DNA of 64,000 nt from an uncultured Verrucomicrobiae bacterium (GTDB taxonomy: Bacteria; Chlamydiota; Chlamydiia; Chlamydiales; Rhabdochlamydiaceae): assembly GCA_963707995.1 (NCBI GenBank), contig OY970179.1, positions 1,424,266 through 1,488,265 of the forward strand, written 5' to 3'. Made by a program: the position numbers and the translations under genes. The notes beneath the pieces are model-generated. The model saw only the letters and a program-made list of their open reading frames with translations, was not told where the DNA came from and made no database searches. The number at the start of each line of letters is the position of its first letter. Position 1 is the first letter of the stretch. Shown here one piece after another: positions 36,849-45,296 of this stretch.

Positions 36849-37022
36849 ATACCCAAGTGGGTTCAAAAATCGGGAATTTGGCAAAGTTGGCGCCTTGAAT
36901 TTTCATCAGGCCGCAGGCCGGCGTCGAAGCAGGCGCTATTGACTAATAGCGTCGATGCAGAGGGATGAAAAGTCTAGGATGCCAACGCAGCCAAAAACCG
37001 ATTTTTGAATCCACTTGGGTAT
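36849..37022. mobile_element. MITE family A, copy 1 (174 bp), inserted 11 bp after tRNA-His
   Basis: Perfect 25-bp TIR 'atacccaagtgggttcaaaaatcgg' / 'ccgatttttgaatccacttgggtat'. The core is ~90% identical to the copy at 48583-48755. Confidence 0.75.
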
Positions 37023-37117
37023 AAATCATCGAAATTTTCGAGCAGAGCTGCTCACATCTATTCGCAGAAAATAGGCAAAGTCGCTATTTTCAAGAATGGG
37101 CTAAAGGATCGAGGCAT

Positions 37118-37915
37118 ATGACCCTTATCGAAGCATTTATTTTTGGGCTGCTGCAAGGACTGACAGAATTTCTTCCGATCAGCTCTTCAGCCCATGTGAA
37201 GCTCGCAAAGCTCTTTTTCAATGTCGAAAGTTCTGAAGCGCAGGTCCTCTTCGATCTGATCTGCCATCTAGGCACCCTCCTCGCCCTTCTGATTTTCTTA
37301 AGAGAAGAGATCGGTCAGATCCTACGTCGTGATCGACAAAAATTGGTTCGTCTATTGATCGCAACTCTTCCACTGATCCCCTGCTATTTTTTGTTAAAGC
37401 CCTTGCGGGATTACGTTTCCAATCCCCAATTTTTAGGGATCTGCCTCATCTGCACCTCGATGATTTTATTCTCTGGGCAAAAGTGGAAAGTGCGCAGAGA
37501 ACATCCTCCCCGATCAAAGCATCGGATCAGCGACGTTCTGTGGATTGGAGCGATGCAATCTGCGGCCCTCATCCCAGGGATCTCACGCAGCGCTTCGACA
37601 ATTTCTTGTGCAAAAATTCTCGGTTGGGAAGCGGGAGAAGCGACCCGTTTTTCCTTTCTCCTTTCGATCCCCACCATCATTGGGGGCAATTGTCTGGAAC
37701 TGATCAAAATTTATCTCTCTCATGAAAAGACCCCCTTTGTTTCTCTGCCTGTATGCGCTGTTGGTCTGATCACTTCTTTTGTTTTTGGACTCGTGATCAT
37801 CCGTTTTGCCTTTTCTTTCTTGGAACGGGGCAATCTGAAGCCATTCGCTTGGTATTGTCTTAGCTTTGGGGCGATTGTCACCCTATTCCTGAACTTTTTT
37901 CCCGGAGCAAAATAA
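37118..37915 (+). CDS. uppP: Undecaprenyl-diphosphate phosphatase
   Basis: 'GLLQGLTEFLPISSSAHV' and 'GISRSASTI' are UppP/BacA signatures. The protein has 8 TM helices. Confidence 0.85.
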   Translation: MTLIEAFIFGLLQGLTEFLPISSSAHVKLAKLFFNVESSEAQVLFDLICHLGTLLALLIFLREEIGQILRRDRQKLVRLLIATLPLIPCYFLLKPLRDYVSNPQFLGICLICTSMILFSGQKWKVRREHPPRSKHRISDVLWIGAMQSAALIPGISRSASTISCAKILGWEAGEATRFSFLLSIPTIIGGNCLELIKIYLSHEKTPFVSLPVCAVGLITSFVFGLVIIRFAFSFLERGNLKPFAWYCLSFGAIVTLFLNFFPGAK

Positions 37916-37916
37916 G

Positions 37917-40304
37917 ATGGCGAAGAACACTGAGGTGGCAAAGAAAAAGTCGGGACTCCCAGCAGAAGTAAAAGGATTGCTTCTCCTCGGTTTTTCTCTG
38001 TTCCTTTTGCTGAGCTTGCTGAGCTTCCATAGCCTGGATGCTGGCAAAAACTGGCTGGGTCTCATCGGCTGGGGCGTGGCTTGGGGATTTAATTACTTTT
38101 TTGGATTGACAAGCTATTTGATCATCCTTTTTTTGGGCTGGCTCGGTTGGCAATTTCTTTTGAGGCGGGAGATCCCAACACTCACTTCCAAGACGATCTA
38201 CTTTGGAATTTTACTCGTCTCCTCCGCTTTGCTGTTAAATCTTTTTGCCGAATTGGGTTTGCCCTTAGTGTCCCTTCTTGAGAATAAGATCTATTCAGAA
38301 ACACACCTTTTCGATTTCCCTTACCCCCATCACACAAGCCGTTATAACTTAGGTGGAGTTCCCTTTTATTACCTTTATCGCGATCTTCCAACTTTCAACC
38401 TGCAACGGCTGTTCAGCGATGTCGGGATCGGGCTGACTTTTTCGATCACTGCGATTGTCTCTTTCCTTTTGCTCACTGAAATCGAGCTGATCCCTATTTT
38501 GACTGCAATCAAGGAAAAATTCAGATCTTCTAAAACAAAGATCACCGATCTTCTGAATAAGCCTCAGCAAGAGAAGGAATTTTCACGATCCTCTCCAAAA
38601 ACGGCAGACGAAATCGAAAATGCTCTTCTCAAACGACTTCCTCAGCCGATTTACCAGCCTCGCAAAGAAAAAGAGGATCAGGTGAAAATCTGGACAATGC
38701 ATGACAAGAGCGATGGGGAGAAAAAAATAACGCCCGACCCAAAATCTTCCCCTCTGAATAAACGGCAAGCAGCGCTGAGTGCCCAAAAAGTTGTGAATGG
38801 AGATTTCACTACCTATCAGTTACCCCCCCCTTCTCTGCTGAACAATCCTAAAAAAGTCGATCAACCCTCTCTAAAAAAGGATCTCAAGCGGCAAGCGGAG
38901 ATCCTCGAAGAGACTCTGATGAGCTTCGGGATTGAAGCTAAAGTCGGAGAGATCAATTGCGGACCGACGATCACCTCTTTTGAAGTCCATCCTGCGGTGG
39001 GTGTCAAAGTGCAAAAGATAAAAACACTCGAAAATGACATCGCACTCAACCTTCAAGCTAAATCGATCCGGATTATCGCCCCTATCCCTGGCAAAGCTGC
39101 CATCGGCGTCGAGGTCCCCTCTCTCTATCCACAAGAGGTTAGCTTCAAAGAGCTGCATTTGGGTTATCATCAAAGTCCCCGCAAAATGATGGTCCCTCTT
39201 TTGCTTGGAAAGACTGTCTCCGGTGACAACGTCATCAGCGACCTCAGCAAAATGCCCCATTGCCTGATCGCAGGAGCAACCGGATCTGGAAAATCGGTCT
39301 GTATCAACACTGTGATCATGTCGATTCTGATGAACGCTCGGCCAGATGAAATTAAACTGGTGATGATCGATCCTAAAAAAGTTGAATTGACACCCTACAC
39401 CCACCTCCCTCACATGATCGCGCCCGTGATCACTGAAGCGCATGGGGCTTATGCAGCGCTCAGTTGGCTTGTGAAGGAGATGCAAACCCGTTACGACATT
39501 TTAAAGCAGCTCGGCCTGCGCAATATCACTGCTTTTAACAATCGGCACATCAATGCCGAGCTTGAGTCCTCTTTAAGTATCCCTGTCCCGATTAAAATGT
39601 ATGCGATCGTAGCGATCATCGACGAGTTTGCCGATTTGATGATGGCCTCGAGCTCAGATCTAGAAACGCCGATCGCCCGTATTGCGCAAATGGCCCGCGC
39701 TGTGGGGATCCATTTGATCCTCGCCACCCAACGACCTTCTCGAGAAGTGATCACAGGTCTCATCAAAGCTAACTTCCCCACTCGGATCGCCTTTAAAGTC
39801 GCTAGCCGTATCAATTCACAAATCATTCTCGACGATGTGGGAGCAGAAAGCCTTCTGGGCAATGGGGACATGCTTTTCTTGCCGCCTGGGACCTCCACCC
39901 TGGTCCGTGCTCAAGGCGCCTATATCAGCGATGAAGAGATCAATCGGATCGTCTCTTTTATCTGCGCACAATCCCCTCCTAATTACCTGATCGAATCTTT
40001 CGACAAGATGCGCCTCGAAGATTCCCCTTCAGGTGACGGAGGGGAAGATAGTCCAAAGGACACTCTTTATGAGCAGGCATTTGCGATCGCTGTCGAAACG
40101 CGCACGGCATCCACGACTTACTTGCAGCGTAAGCTTAAAATCGGTTATCCTAGAGCTGCCTCATTGATGGATGAGCTCGAGGCCAAAGGCGTGATTGGAC
40201 CCCAAGAAGGAGCCAAGGCTCGGCGGATATTGGTCGATTCTAAAATTGCAATTCCTTCTTCCAAACCTGGGAACCCCTATGAAGAACAAGAGCTTTTTGA
40301 ATAA
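37917..40304 (+). CDS. ftsK: DNA translocase FtsK/SpoIIIE
   Basis: An N-terminal 4-TM domain and a Pro/Gln-rich linker are followed by 'LIAGATGSGKSV' (Walker A), 'VAIIDEFADL' (Walker B) and a C-terminal gamma domain 'YLQRKLKIGYPRAASLMDELE'. Confidence 0.9.
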   Translation: MAKNTEVAKKKSGLPAEVKGLLLLGFSLFLLLSLLSFHSLDAGKNWLGLIGWGVAWGFNYFFGLTSYLIILFLGWLGWQFLLRREIPTLTSKTIYFGILLVSSALLLNLFAELGLPLVSLLENKIYSETHLFDFPYPHHTSRYNLGGVPFYYLYRDLPTFNLQRLFSDVGIGLTFSITAIVSFLLLTEIELIPILTAIKEKFRSSKTKITDLLNKPQQEKEFSRSSPKTADEIENALLKRLPQPIYQPRKEKEDQVKIWTMHDKSDGEKKITPDPKSSPLNKRQAALSAQKVVNGDFTTYQLPPPSLLNNPKKVDQPSLKKDLKRQAEILEETLMSFGIEAKVGEINCGPTITSFEVHPAVGVKVQKIKTLENDIALNLQAKSIRIIAPIPGKAAIGVEVPSLYPQEVSFKELHLGYHQSPRKMMVPLLLGKTVSGDNVISDLSKMPHCLIAGATGSGKSVCINTVIMSILMNARPDEIKLVMIDPKKVELTPYTHLPHMIAPVITEAHGAYAALSWLVKEMQTRYDILKQLGLRNITAFNNRHINAELESSLSIPVPIKMYAIVAIIDEFADLMMASSSDLETPIARIAQMARAVGIHLILATQRPSREVITGLIKANFPTRIAFKVASRINSQIILDDVGAESLLGNGDMLFLPPGTSTLVRAQGAYISDEEINRIVSFICAQSPPNYLIESFDKMRLEDSPSGDGGEDSPKDTLYEQAFAIAVETRTASTTYLQRKLKIGYPRAASLMDELEAKGVIGPQEGAKARRILVDSKIAIPSSKPGNPYEEQELFE

Positions 40305-40689
40305 ACTTGAAAAACTTAAAGCCGAGGTTCCCGTCCAACTCGACACCGAGCGAAAGTTATTACCCCGCCTGAAATTCATGGGGTATGTGATGCTTGTCTT
40401 ATGTCTAACAACTGCCGTTTATGCCATGACGATCAAAGAGGAAACAGAGATCATTCAACCTTTGCCGCAGGAAGGATTGATTGAACCTGAACAGATGGAA
40501 GCAGTTTCTGGATTTGAATTGTTCCCTGAAGAGGGCGAACTCGAATTGACTCCTAATGAAGTGCTCAATTTTTATCTCGTCGCCTTTATCTTTGCTATCG
40601 TCGGCGCAACGTGCTTCCTTATCGTCTGGAAAAAAAAGAAAAGACTTTTTTTAAATTTACACAGAGATCACAGAGACACAGAGCTTTAA
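40279..40689 (+). CDS. Hypothetical small membrane protein
   Basis: I take the start at the internal 'MKNKSFLNKLEKL'. It has two hydrophobic segments. The 3' end runs into palindrome 40660-40759. It overlaps the ftsK stop. Confidence 0.3.
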   Translation: MKNKSFLNKLEKLKAEVPVQLDTERKLLPRLKFMGYVMLVLCLTTAVYAMTIKEETEIIQPLPQEGLIEPEQMEAVSGFELFPEEGELELTPNEVLNFYLVAFIFAIVGATCFLIVWKKKKRLFLNLHRDHRDTEL

Positions 40690-40759
40690 GTTTTTCATTT
40701 TTTGCGAGAGCAAAAAATGAGGTTGTTTTTTTAATCTCTGTGTCTCTGTGATCTCTGTG
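40660..40759. repeat. Perfect palindrome, CACAGAG-type family
   Basis: 'acacagagatcacagagacacagag' ... 'ctctgtgtctctgtgatctctgtg', with an AT-rich 50-bp spacer that is itself palindromic ('caaaaaatga'). Confidence 0.7.
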
Positions 40760-40878
40760 GTTGAAAATACTTTTCCAATGTCCAGTGCCCTGGAAGAATA
40801 AAATTAAAATTTTGCAAAATTCCCAGTGACGCTCTAACATGCAAAAAAGGAGGGAGTTCTCCTCCACCTCTCCAAAGT

Positions 40879-42216
40879 ATGCAAAAGACAAAAAAAAGAA
40901 TTCTCATTGCTGATTCCGATGAACAATTCAGCAAACTCCTAAAGAAATACAAAAATGCCGATCGTTATGTTTTTGAAACGGCAAAAACAGGGTTTGAATG
41001 TTTGTCAAAACTCGATCCGTTCAAACCAGATCTTGTCCTTGTCGACCTCATGCTCCCGCAAATTCATGGGATAGAAATCCTTCGCAAAATCAAGAGCGAT
41101 CCAAGTACCTTTCAGATCGGAGTGATTCTGACCTCTGCGCATGCCATGATTCAAAACTACAAAGCTGCGATCAATTTGCATTGCGACTATTTCCTGGAGA
41201 AACCGTTTGAAATGTCCCATATTTATTCCCTCTTCAAGCTGTTTTTTAGCAGTAAGCTACATCCCGATCCGTTCTCAGGAAAAGGATCTGCAATGCAAAG
41301 ACAAGGAAAACACTGTTACGTTCCAAAAATGCATTCTACCAATTCCTATATAAAATTTTGGGGCACACGCGGTTCCAACCCTGTTTCAGGGCCTGAATAT
41401 ATCCGTTTTGGCGGCAATACGTGTTGTCTGGAAATCCGCCATGCCCATGAGTTCATCATCGTCGATGCAGGCACGGGGATCCGACCCCTTGGGACATCTA
41501 TCGCCGAACCAAAGCCAAAACAAATCAATCTTCTTCTTAGCCACACTCACTGGGACCATCTCGCTGGATTTCCTTTTTTTGCCCCGATTTATGATCCAAA
41601 TTGCCAGATCATCATCTGGTCTCCGATCGGATTTGAAAAAACGACACGGGAGTTATTTACTGAAATGCTCGCCTATGCCTATTTTCCCGTGCGTCTCGAT
41701 GATATTCAAGCTAATCTCATTTTCAAAGATATCCATGAAGGAGTTCCATTCCAGATCGGCAACATCGAAATCAATACTCATTACTCGTTCCATCCTGGCG
41801 CGACAGTATGCTTCAAATTCAAAATCGAAAAACAACAATTTGCCTACACCACAGATAATGAATTTCTGATGGGGTATCACGGCGATCCCAATTTGATCGG
41901 TCAAAACCACCCTTTATTAATTCCCTATCGCAGCATGATCGAATTCTTTAAAAACTGTGATTTCCTCATCCATGAAGCGCAATACACCCCTATCGAATAT
42001 CAAACAAAGGTCGGTTGGGGACACTCTTCAGTCACCAATGCAGCGGCGCTGGTAAAACACGCAGAGGTCCGTGATTGGACATTGACACATCACGATCCAA
42101 AACACACCGATACGGAGATGATCAAAAAATTCCAAATGCAATACGATGTCTTAGACGAGATGAAAATGAAATGCCGTACCCGCGTCGCTTACGATGGAAT
42201 GACAATCCCTTTATGA
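40879..42216 (+). CDS. Response-regulator receiver domain fused to a metallo-beta-lactamase-fold hydrolase domain
   Basis: The receiver has 'ILIADSDE', the phospho-acceptor 'LVLVDLMLP', 'ILTSAH' and 'LEKPF'. The output domain carries 'LLLSHTHWDHLAGFPFF' (HxHxDH), and later 'HPGATV' and 'HHD'. Confidence 0.7.
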   Translation: MQKTKKRILIADSDEQFSKLLKKYKNADRYVFETAKTGFECLSKLDPFKPDLVLVDLMLPQIHGIEILRKIKSDPSTFQIGVILTSAHAMIQNYKAAINLHCDYFLEKPFEMSHIYSLFKLFFSSKLHPDPFSGKGSAMQRQGKHCYVPKMHSTNSYIKFWGTRGSNPVSGPEYIRFGGNTCCLEIRHAHEFIIVDAGTGIRPLGTSIAEPKPKQINLLLSHTHWDHLAGFPFFAPIYDPNCQIIIWSPIGFEKTTRELFTEMLAYAYFPVRLDDIQANLIFKDIHEGVPFQIGNIEINTHYSFHPGATVCFKFKIEKQQFAYTTDNEFLMGYHGDPNLIGQNHPLLIPYRSMIEFFKNCDFLIHEAQYTPIEYQTKVGWGHSSVTNAAALVKHAEVRDWTLTHHDPKHTDTEMIKKFQMQYDVLDEMKMKCRTRVAYDGMTIPL

Positions 42217-42503
42217 ACTTTGAAAAAATTCAGAAGCTCTCCCTCGAAGAGAAAAAGAGTTTACTAGAGCGGACGATCAAGCTCCAGGAAGAGGTGGGTG
42301 AACTCGCTCAGCAAGTTCTCATCCAAACCGGCTCCTCCGGATCCCACCACAAGAAAGCCCCAACGAATGATGTTAAGCAGGAAGTTGTCGACGTGACGCT
42401 CGTCGCCCTTTCTATTTTTTTCCTCGAGGGGGGAACTCCTCTAGAGCTCGAAAAGATCGTCGAAGCTAAAATGGGTAAATGGAAGAGCCAGTTCAAAAAG
42501 TGA
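42213..42503 (+). CDS. Small MazG-like nucleotide pyrophosphohydrolase
   Basis: The ATG overlaps the previous stop (ATGA). 'LQEEVGELAQQV' is the E-x-x-E metal-binding helix of MazG/NTP-PPase. The product is 96 aa. Confidence 0.5.
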   Translation: MNFEKIQKLSLEEKKSLLERTIKLQEEVGELAQQVLIQTGSSGSHHKKAPTNDVKQEVVDVTLVALSIFFLEGGTPLELEKIVEAKMGKWKSQFKK

Positions 42504-43266
42504 TCGAGCGGCTAATCATTTCCTGATAGGCGATCGAAACTTCTGTTTTTGCTTTCAGGGATTGGAGTTTATCAGTGATCGCCCTCAAAGCAACCTCCGG
42601 TGCATTGCATTCACTCGATAAATGGGCTAAATGAATATGTTTCAAATCGGTGTGGTAGACAAGTTCGATCAGTTTTGCACATTCTTGATTCGAAAGATGC
42701 CCTTGCCGGCTTAAAATCCGTTGCTTATTGATCGGTGGGCGACGTGAGGCATGGACCATCGAAGGTTCATGATTGGCTTCGACATACAAATAATCACATC
42801 CTTGCAACTCGCCGGAGACAAGTGTTGTCACGAAACCCAGATCGGTACAAAATCCGAGTTTTAGTCCTTTTGTACGCATCGTAAACGCCACGGGATCTAC
42901 AGCGTCGTGCTGAATGGTGAATGGACGCACTTCGAGATCGCCAAACTCAAATGTCTCACCCGTGGAAAAAATTTTAAACTTTGGGCACTCGTGTAAAATG
43001 GAATGGATCGCTTTTGCAGTGTCGCTGTTGGCAAAGACAGGAATCTGCATCTTGCAACCCAAAATATCGAGAGCCTGGATGTGGTCGCTATGTTCATGCG
43101 TGATGAGCACAGCATCGATCTCTTCCAAAGAGACACCAATCGCATGAAGCCGCTGTCGAATGACTTTTGCGCTGATTCCAGCATCGATCAAAATTTTAGT
43201 CGTCGATGTTCCTAAATAGATACAATTCCCTTTCGACCCCGACGCCAGTGGACAAAAACCTTCCAT
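42493..43266 (-). CDS. MBL-fold metallo-hydrolase (YycJ/PhnP-like)
   Basis: 'VLITHEHSDHIQAL' (HxHxDH), a later 'D...H' and a terminal 'HLS' are present. Confidence 0.7.
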   Translation of the reverse strand: MEGFCPLASGSKGNCIYLGTSTTKILIDAGISAKVIRQRLHAIGVSLEEIDAVLITHEHSDHIQALDILGCKMQIPVFANSDTAKAIHSILHECPKFKIFSTGETFEFGDLEVRPFTIQHDAVDPVAFTMRTKGLKLGFCTDLGFVTTLVSGELQGCDYLYVEANHEPSMVHASRRPPINKQRILSRQGHLSNQECAKLIELVYHTDLKHIHLAHLSSECNAPEVALRAITDKLQSLKAKTEVSIAYQEMISRSITF

Positions 43267-43366
43267 GTGTGATCATCCCAAATGAACGATGATAAGAAAA
43301 TGAGTTGTAGGATTGCAAGAAGATATGCTATTTTTTATCGAATCTCCTTCACGACTCGGGTAACCT

Positions 43367-44605
43367 ATGTTTCGATCTCCGAAAAATTACCGCACTTTCT
43401 TGACTGTACTTCTGACATATACCCTCGATCTGGTCGGATTTTCAATCGTGTTTCCTGTTCTTGCACCCCTTCTCCTCAATCCTGACCTGCACTATTTTGT
43501 CTCTGATGCACCAGAATCTCTCAGAACAACGCTACTCGGGGTTTTGTTTGCTGTTTTTGGCATCAGTCAATTTTTTGGAGCGCCGATTGCGGGAGTATTA
43601 GCGGATCACTATGGGAGATATAAAATATTTCTAGCGACCATTGGATTGAGTATCATCGGTTATGCGATCATGGCTTGGGGTGTTTATCTGCAAAGTCTGA
43701 GTTTTCTCTTTATCGGCCGTATTCTCACAGGTCTTTGTTCAGGCAATGTATCACTTGCTCAATCGGCAACCGCTGACCTTACCGATGTTCACCACCGGAG
43801 CAAGGCATTTGGTATTCTACTCGGCGTCGGGGGCTTAGGATTTGTCGCAGGTCCCTGGATCGGTGGCAAGCTCGCCAATCCCGATTGGCTATCTGGCTCT
43901 GGCGCATTCATTTTTGCAGCTGTTGCATCTCTGATCAATTTGGTCGTCGTCTATTTCTTCTTTGTCGAAACATGGCAGCGGAAAGCAGGTCATATTGAAA
44001 TTAACTTGTTTGACAGCTTCAAGGACATCGGCCGGGTTTTTCACCAAAAAACCTTACGCATCATTTTAATCACTTACCTTCTTTTTGGAATCGGTTGGGG
44101 TTTATTCCTTATTTTTTCTCCGACATTTCTAGTCCAAAGGTTTGCACTCGGATCGGATAGGATCGGAGATTTTTTTGCATACATGGCCATCGTCTGGTTC
44201 TTTGTCTCGATGTTCTTGAATAAAGAACTGGCAGGTAAATTTTCTGTCCGCACCCTCATTTTGACAGGAACTCTGTTCGCCACAGTGGGTGTTGCCCTTT
44301 TCTTATGTCCAAGCCAATTATGGCCCTACTGGTTTATCATTCCTATTGCCCTCTTGGGAGGAGCCCTCAGTTGGGTGAATATTGGCGCCATCCTCTCCAT
44401 AAGAGCCCCTGAACATATGCAAGGGAGAGTGCTCGGTGCCGGCGCATCGATGTGGTCGATTGGCCAGATCGTAGCCCCTCTCATTGCAGGCCCTCTTGCA
44501 GGTTGGAATATCTATTCCCCCCTTCTGCTCGGCTCCGTAGTTATCCTTATTAGCTTCATCTATTTCTTTATTTTCTACCGCGAAAAGCACACCAGCCGTG
44601 GATGA
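43367..44605 (+). CDS. MFS transporter (TetA-like)
   Basis: 412 aa, 12 TM, with 'GVLADHYGRYK'. It is a paralogue of ORF 3987-5237. Confidence 0.75.
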   Translation: MFRSPKNYRTFLTVLLTYTLDLVGFSIVFPVLAPLLLNPDLHYFVSDAPESLRTTLLGVLFAVFGISQFFGAPIAGVLADHYGRYKIFLATIGLSIIGYAIMAWGVYLQSLSFLFIGRILTGLCSGNVSLAQSATADLTDVHHRSKAFGILLGVGGLGFVAGPWIGGKLANPDWLSGSGAFIFAAVASLINLVVVYFFFVETWQRKAGHIEINLFDSFKDIGRVFHQKTLRIILITYLLFGIGWGLFLIFSPTFLVQRFALGSDRIGDFFAYMAIVWFFVSMFLNKELAGKFSVRTLILTGTLFATVGVALFLCPSQLWPYWFIIPIALLGGALSWVNIGAILSIRAPEHMQGRVLGAGASMWSIGQIVAPLIAGPLAGWNIYSPLLLGSVVILISFIYFFIFYREKHTSRG

Positions 44606-44620
44606 ATAAACATTATGAAT

Positions 44621-44752
44621 TTCTCTACCACCCGTTCGCTCCGCTCACTAGAGGGCACAGAGGACACAGAGAAAGAATCAAATACTGTAACAGTCTGACC
44701 CTCTCTGTGTCCTCTGTGCCCTCTAGTGAGCGGAGCGAACGGGTGGTGAAAA
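44621..44752. repeat. 132-bp near-perfect palindrome with ~48-bp arms, CACAGAG-type family
   Basis: 'ccacccgttcgctccgctcactagagggcacagaggacacagaga' ... 'ctctctgtgtcctctgtgccctctagtgagcggagcgaacgggtgg'. Confidence 0.75.
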
Positions 44753-44910
44753 TATTTTCTTAAATGTTTTGTAACCAGTTATAATGTCATTTTATTTTCT
44801 TCTTCAAGTTAAATTCTGTTCACAAATAATTGCTCAATCTCAACATAAAAATAAACATTTTGACAAAATTCATAAAAAAATGTTTTATACATTTAATAAA
44901 GGAGGAAACA

Positions 44911-45267
44911 ATGATTAGATCGGGTGAAGAAATATTGGCAGATATAGATGATACATTAGATCATCTTATTGAAAATGCTGATGTCATCAAGCAAGTTTCG
45001 CTGAGAACATTGTACAGTAGCGAAGTGGAAGCATTGCAAAAAACGCAAGAGAGTTTGCTCGCCAGGCTCGTCCATATGAATGATCTTTTAAAAGGTCATC
45101 AACAAATAGAAAAGGGTCAAGGATCTTTTAGTAGCATTGAACAGAAGATGATCCGATTTGGCAAATTGAATGCGCAGCTCATCAACCATGCCGCGGCAAA
45201 AATCAAACGGATAAAAAAAAGTCGACAACCCCGTGTCCGACCCCATCGGAGAAAAGTCAAGATTTAA
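44911..45267 (+). CDS. Hypothetical protein with a basic C-terminus
   Basis: Start at 'MIRSGEEIL', preceded by a strong RBS 'aaaggaggaaacaATG'. The track ORF begins earlier, at 44830. Confidence 0.4.
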   Translation: MIRSGEEILADIDDTLDHLIENADVIKQVSLRTLYSSEVEALQKTQESLLARLVHMNDLLKGHQQIEKGQGSFSSIEQKMIRFGKLNAQLINHAAAKIKRIKKSRQPRVRPHRRKVKI

Positions 45268-45296
45268 GAGACTGTCCACAAACTAAGCTTCTGTCT

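Noticed and set aside
40195-40278. The track start of ORF 40195-40689 ('MDPKKEPRLGGYW...') overlaps the last 110 nt of ftsK.
   Set aside because: The N-terminal 28 aa are translated out of frame from the conserved FtsK gamma domain. The internal Met at 40279 is more plausible, though the gene itself remains low-confidence.
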